Part shown: piece by piece, positions 61,593-64,000 of the stretch
How positions within the stretch are numbered: position 1 is the first letter of the stretch
Layout: each line of letters begins with the position of its first letter
Assembly: GCA_964407325.1 (NCBI GenBank)
Contig: CAYOVA010000005.1
Location: 2,996-66,995 of the forward strand
Length of the DNA stretch: 64,000 nucleotides
Reading direction: 5' to 3'
Origin: an uncultured Gammaproteobacteria bacterium
GTDB lineage: Bacteria > Patescibacteriota > Microgenomatia > UBA1406 > GWC2-37-13
Made by a program: the position numbers and the translations under genes
Notes under the pieces: model-generated
What the model was told of the DNA's origin: nothing
The model's database searches: none
Seen by the model: the letters and a program-made list of their open reading frames with translations, nothing else

Positions 61593-63110
61593 ATGTTATC
61601 CAAGATTTACTCCAGTACTCTTATTGGCATTCAGGGAACTATAGTTGAAGTGGAAGTGGATGTTTCCGAAAGGGGTTTTCCTTCAATTTCCATTGTTGGG
61701 TTGCCTCATAAATCTATAGAAGAAGCAAAAGAACGAATGAGAGCTGCTATTGTAAGCTCGGGTTTCAAAATGCCAGAGTGCCGGATTACAGTAAACCTGG
61801 CTCCGGCTGACATTCCCAAATCGGGTTCGGGATTTGATTTGCCGATGGCCTTAGGTGTCTTAGCAGGAACAGGAGTTGTTTCGATGGATGGCTGCAAAGA
61901 TATTCTGGTTGTAGGTGAACTAGCGTTGAATGGCTCAGTAAAACCAGTGCGAGGGATATTGGCAACTATACAATCTGCTGTAAACAAAGGCATCTCTCAA
62001 GTGGTTGTTCCGGTGGAAAATGCAGAAGAAGCCAGTCTTATTGCTGATGTTAAGATTATTCCTGTTGCCACCCTGCAAGAGTTAATTGATTTCTGCAACG
62101 GAAAAAGAAAAAGCTTCTCTGTTGCTAAAAAAGCAAGACCAGGAACGATCAACCATAAAGATGACTTTTCTTTTATTAAGGGACAAACGCAAGCAAAAAG
62201 GGCACTGGAAATTGCAGCTGCCGGATTACACAACATTCACATGAAAGGCCCTCCTGGGAGCGGAAAAACGGCATTATCGCGAGCGTTCTCATCGATTCTT
62301 CCACCGTTAACCCGAGACGAATTGATCGAAGTATGTACGATCTATTCCGCTTCAGGGTTATCGTTTCAGGAATTTTTATACGGAACCAAACCATTCCGCG
62401 CTCCTCATCACACGATTACAAGGAATGGCTTAATTGGTGGCGGAAATCCACCTCGAGCTGGAGAAATTACGCTGTCACATAGAGGCGTTCTTTTTCTTGA
62501 CGAACTTCCTGAATTTCCCCGTTCGGTTATTGAATCGCTACGCCAGCCCCTGGAAGATGCTACAGTATCGATTTCACGATCGGGAAGCTCATTTCAATTT
62601 CCTAGTAGAGTACAGTTAATTACCGCCTCGAACCCCTGTCCCTGCGGTTATCTGGGGCATCCGGAAAAAACCTGTGAATGTACCGTACCAGCAATAACCT
62701 CATATCAATCACGGTTAAGTGGACCGTTTCTGGATCGCATTGATATACACATAGATATTCCTCCCGTTACAATTGATACATTACTTACAGACAAGCAAGC
62801 AGAATCAAGTAGCACTATTCGTGATAGAGTGATGCAAGCGAAGGAAAGACAATCATTCCGGTATAGGAATCAACGATATTCGGTAAACGGTGATATTCCA
62901 TCCCATGATATAAAAAAATACATTTCGCTCCAGTCCGAAGACGAAAAGTTTCTTATTTCTGCGATAGAAAAGCTCCACCTTTCTGCACGGGCATATTTTA
63001 AGCTGTTAAGGGTATGCAGGACGATATCAGACTTAGATTGTTCTGACAACGTAAAAAATATACATATCGCTGAAGCTTTGCACTATTGCAAAAGATCGCT
63101 TGACAAATAA
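61593..63110 (+). CDS. comM: YifB/ComM family Mg-chelatase-like AAA+ ATPase
   Basis: The N-terminal Lon-protease-like S5 domain has IVGLPHKSIEEAKERMRAAI and NLAPADIPKSGSGFDLPMALGVL. Walker A is MKGPPGSGKTAL. GVLFLDELPEF (Walker B). A C-terminal Mg_chelatase_C-like region. 505 aa is the typical length. Confidence 0.85.
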   Translation: MLSKIYSSTLIGIQGTIVEVEVDVSERGFPSISIVGLPHKSIEEAKERMRAAIVSSGFKMPECRITVNLAPADIPKSGSGFDLPMALGVLAGTGVVSMDGCKDILVVGELALNGSVKPVRGILATIQSAVNKGISQVVVPVENAEEASLIADVKIIPVATLQELIDFCNGKRKSFSVAKKARPGTINHKDDFSFIKGQTQAKRALEIAAAGLHNIHMKGPPGSGKTALSRAFSSILPPLTRDELIEVCTIYSASGLSFQEFLYGTKPFRAPHHTITRNGLIGGGNPPRAGEITLSHRGVLFLDELPEFPRSVIESLRQPLEDATVSISRSGSSFQFPSRVQLITASNPCPCGYLGHPEKTCECTVPAITSYQSRLSGPFLDRIDIHIDIPPVTIDTLLTDKQAESSSTIRDRVMQAKERQSFRYRNQRYSVNGDIPSHDIKKYISLQSEDEKFLISAIEKLHLSARAYFKLLRVCRTISDLDCSDNVKNIHIAEALHYCKRSLDK

Positions 63111-63113
63111 ATT

Positions 63114-63623
63114 ATGGCTTTCTATGATAAGCATATGCTCAAAAATAAACTATTCGCTTACCTTGCATCAATAGTTGCCGTACTCGCACTCTTCTTTGTT
63201 TTTGTCCCGGACGCCTCAGCTGCCACTTTGACTTTGACCATCAAAGTAAATCAACAGGCACTTGGTTTTGCCATTCCGAATCTTGCTGAAATCCTTACTT
63301 TTATTATTCGTGCGTTCTTTGTAATTGCAGGCTTAATTGCTCTGTTTTACCTGCTTATTGGTGCACTTGAATGGGTTTCATCAGGTGGAGATGAAGAAAA
63401 GGTTGAAGCTTCTCGTAAAAAGATCACCGCTGCTATTATCGGTGTCATTTTGATTGTTGTCGTACTTGCCGTTATCGTTACTCTTGAGCAGATTGTATTC
63501 CGGGGCAAAATCTGTGTCGGAATCTCATGCGCAGCTACCATTCCAAATCTTGTTACACCATGTTGCGACTCAACCGTAACATCGCCTCCCGACGATGGAT
63601 CATGCGCAATCTGCACTCCATAA
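63114..63623 (+). CDS. VirB2/TrbC-like mini-pilin (CPR-type 'pilin') with Cys-rich C-terminal tail
   Basis: Signal peptide ...FVFVPDASAA. TM1 is FFVIAGLIALFYLLIGALEWVSSGGDEEKVEASRKKITAAIIGVILIVVVLAVIV, which fits the TM-[x]SGG[DN]..K...A+..I..AIIG-TM motif of VirB2/TrbC-like pilins. The last ~40 aa contain 7 Cys. The 3-nt gap after comM suggests coupling. Confidence 0.55.
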   Translation: MAFYDKHMLKNKLFAYLASIVAVLALFFVFVPDASAATLTLTIKVNQQALGFAIPNLAEILTFIIRAFFVIAGLIALFYLLIGALEWVSSGGDEEKVEASRKKITAAIIGVILIVVVLAVIVTLEQIVFRGKICVGISCAATIPNLVTPCCDSTVTSPPDDGSCAICTP

Positions 63624-63682
63624 GAGCGCAGACTAACCTAACCTCTGTTGACAACGTATTCCAGTCCCGATACTATTAATCT

Positions 63683-64000
63683 ATGTTCCTCTACACATTA
63701 CTTGCGCAAGGCCCGCTTCAGGATTGGGGAGAACGACAAGCTGACGGTACCCTTAATCCAAACTCCGGTTGTCTAGTCGACGGCGTCCCTACTTTAGGAT
63801 GTGCAGAAATTCTTTTTGGTAATCTTCTGTTTATGGCCAGTGCGTTTGTGGGGCTTATTCTTTTTGTAATGTTCGTAATCGGTTCGTTTAATTACCTTAC
63901 TTCCTTTGGTGATGCAGAAAAGATGCAAGCAGCACGGAATACGTTTACCTATGCGATTATTGGAGTTGTAGTATTTGTAAGCGCTGGTCTTATTTTGTTT
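63683..64000 (+). CDS. Second VirB2/TrbC-like mini-pilin, 3' end outside window
   Basis: My own translation from ATG 63683: MFLYTLLAQGPLQDWGERQADGTLNPNSGCLVDGVPTLGCAEILFGNLLFMASAFVGLILFVMFVIGSFNYLTSFGDAEKMQAARNTFTYAIIGVVVFVSAGLILF. It has the same TM-..TSFGD.EK...AR....YAIIG-TM motif. The frame is open to the window end, so it is absent from the ORF track. Confidence 0.5.
   Translation, partial: MFLYTLLAQGPLQDWGERQADGTLNPNSGCLVDGVPTLGCAEILFGNLLFMASAFVGLILFVMFVIGSFNYLTSFGDAEKMQAARNTFTYAIIGVVVFVSAGLILF

Noticed and set aside
63530-63623. Idea that the Cys/Ser/Thr-rich C-terminal 35 aa of the first pilin is a lanthipeptide/RiPP core peptide
   Set aside because: No LanB, LanC, LanM or other maturase, protease or export genes are in the window. 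The segment follows two TM helices of a pilin-like protein rather than a leader peptide. It is kept only as a note within the pilin finding.

Overview
This is a bacterial window with a low-GC background: hand counts on single 60-nt lines give about 40-45% GC. Most of it is coding, and I saw no rRNA, CRISPR array, transposase or integrase. The gene content (many N-terminally anchored surface proteins, Pro/Thr linkers, several GT-C-type membrane glycosyltransferase paralogs, VirB2-like mini-pilins, comM, fused metabolic enzymes) suggests a reduced-genome CPR/Patescibacteria-like organism. That placement is inference only.

Recognisable content, in order:
- Thymidylate-synthase-family protein with a long N-terminal extension
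- O-antigen-ligase-like protein
- NfeD plus SPFH/stomatin pair
- smpB, and a one-piece tmRNA (7811..8207) with a strong extended -10 promoter
- DUF1697 protein, MFS transporter, GNAT, B12-binding radical SAM protein
- GT39/ArnT-like protein plus three paralogous GT-C-like membrane proteins
- PEP-utilizing mobile-domain protein
- A 4-gene envelope operon that includes a FecR-domain protein
- hisA remnant, type-I PRTase, fused E1 alpha/beta TPP dehydrogenase
- Aberrant tRNA-His-like element
- Zwf-Gnd fusion
- Two tandem CPA2 antiporters, a TerC protein and a CaCA-like antiporter
- Coiled-coil protein with a 120-bp tandem duplication
- FMN reductase, Nudix/IDI-like protein, murJ, C39-like peptidase with TPR repeats
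- A roughly 1390-aa polytopic repeat protein
- comM and two VirB2/TrbC-like pilins

The most interesting locus is 50642..61474. It holds three tandem cassettes, each pairing a membrane-anchored parvulin/PrsA-like protein with a 700-830-aa Cys-rich, multi-Ig-like (CarboxypepD_reg-like) surface protein. Every pair is joined by the same 20-nt overlapping start/stop junction. Together with the giant membrane protein, comM and the pilins, this looks like a cell-surface attachment and DNA-uptake region.

Other notable signals:
- Three sharply bounded GC-rich segments (about 65% GC), each limited to a single gene or gene pair, embedded in AT-rich native intergenic DNA. Each carries its own Shine-Dalgarno (SD) site and GC-rich hairpin.
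- A recurring TGnTATAAT-N6-8-ATG geometry that implies widespread leaderless mRNAs in the native genes.
- A long structured leader upstream of TerC.

All family calls come from motif recognition by eye. None has been verified by a database search.
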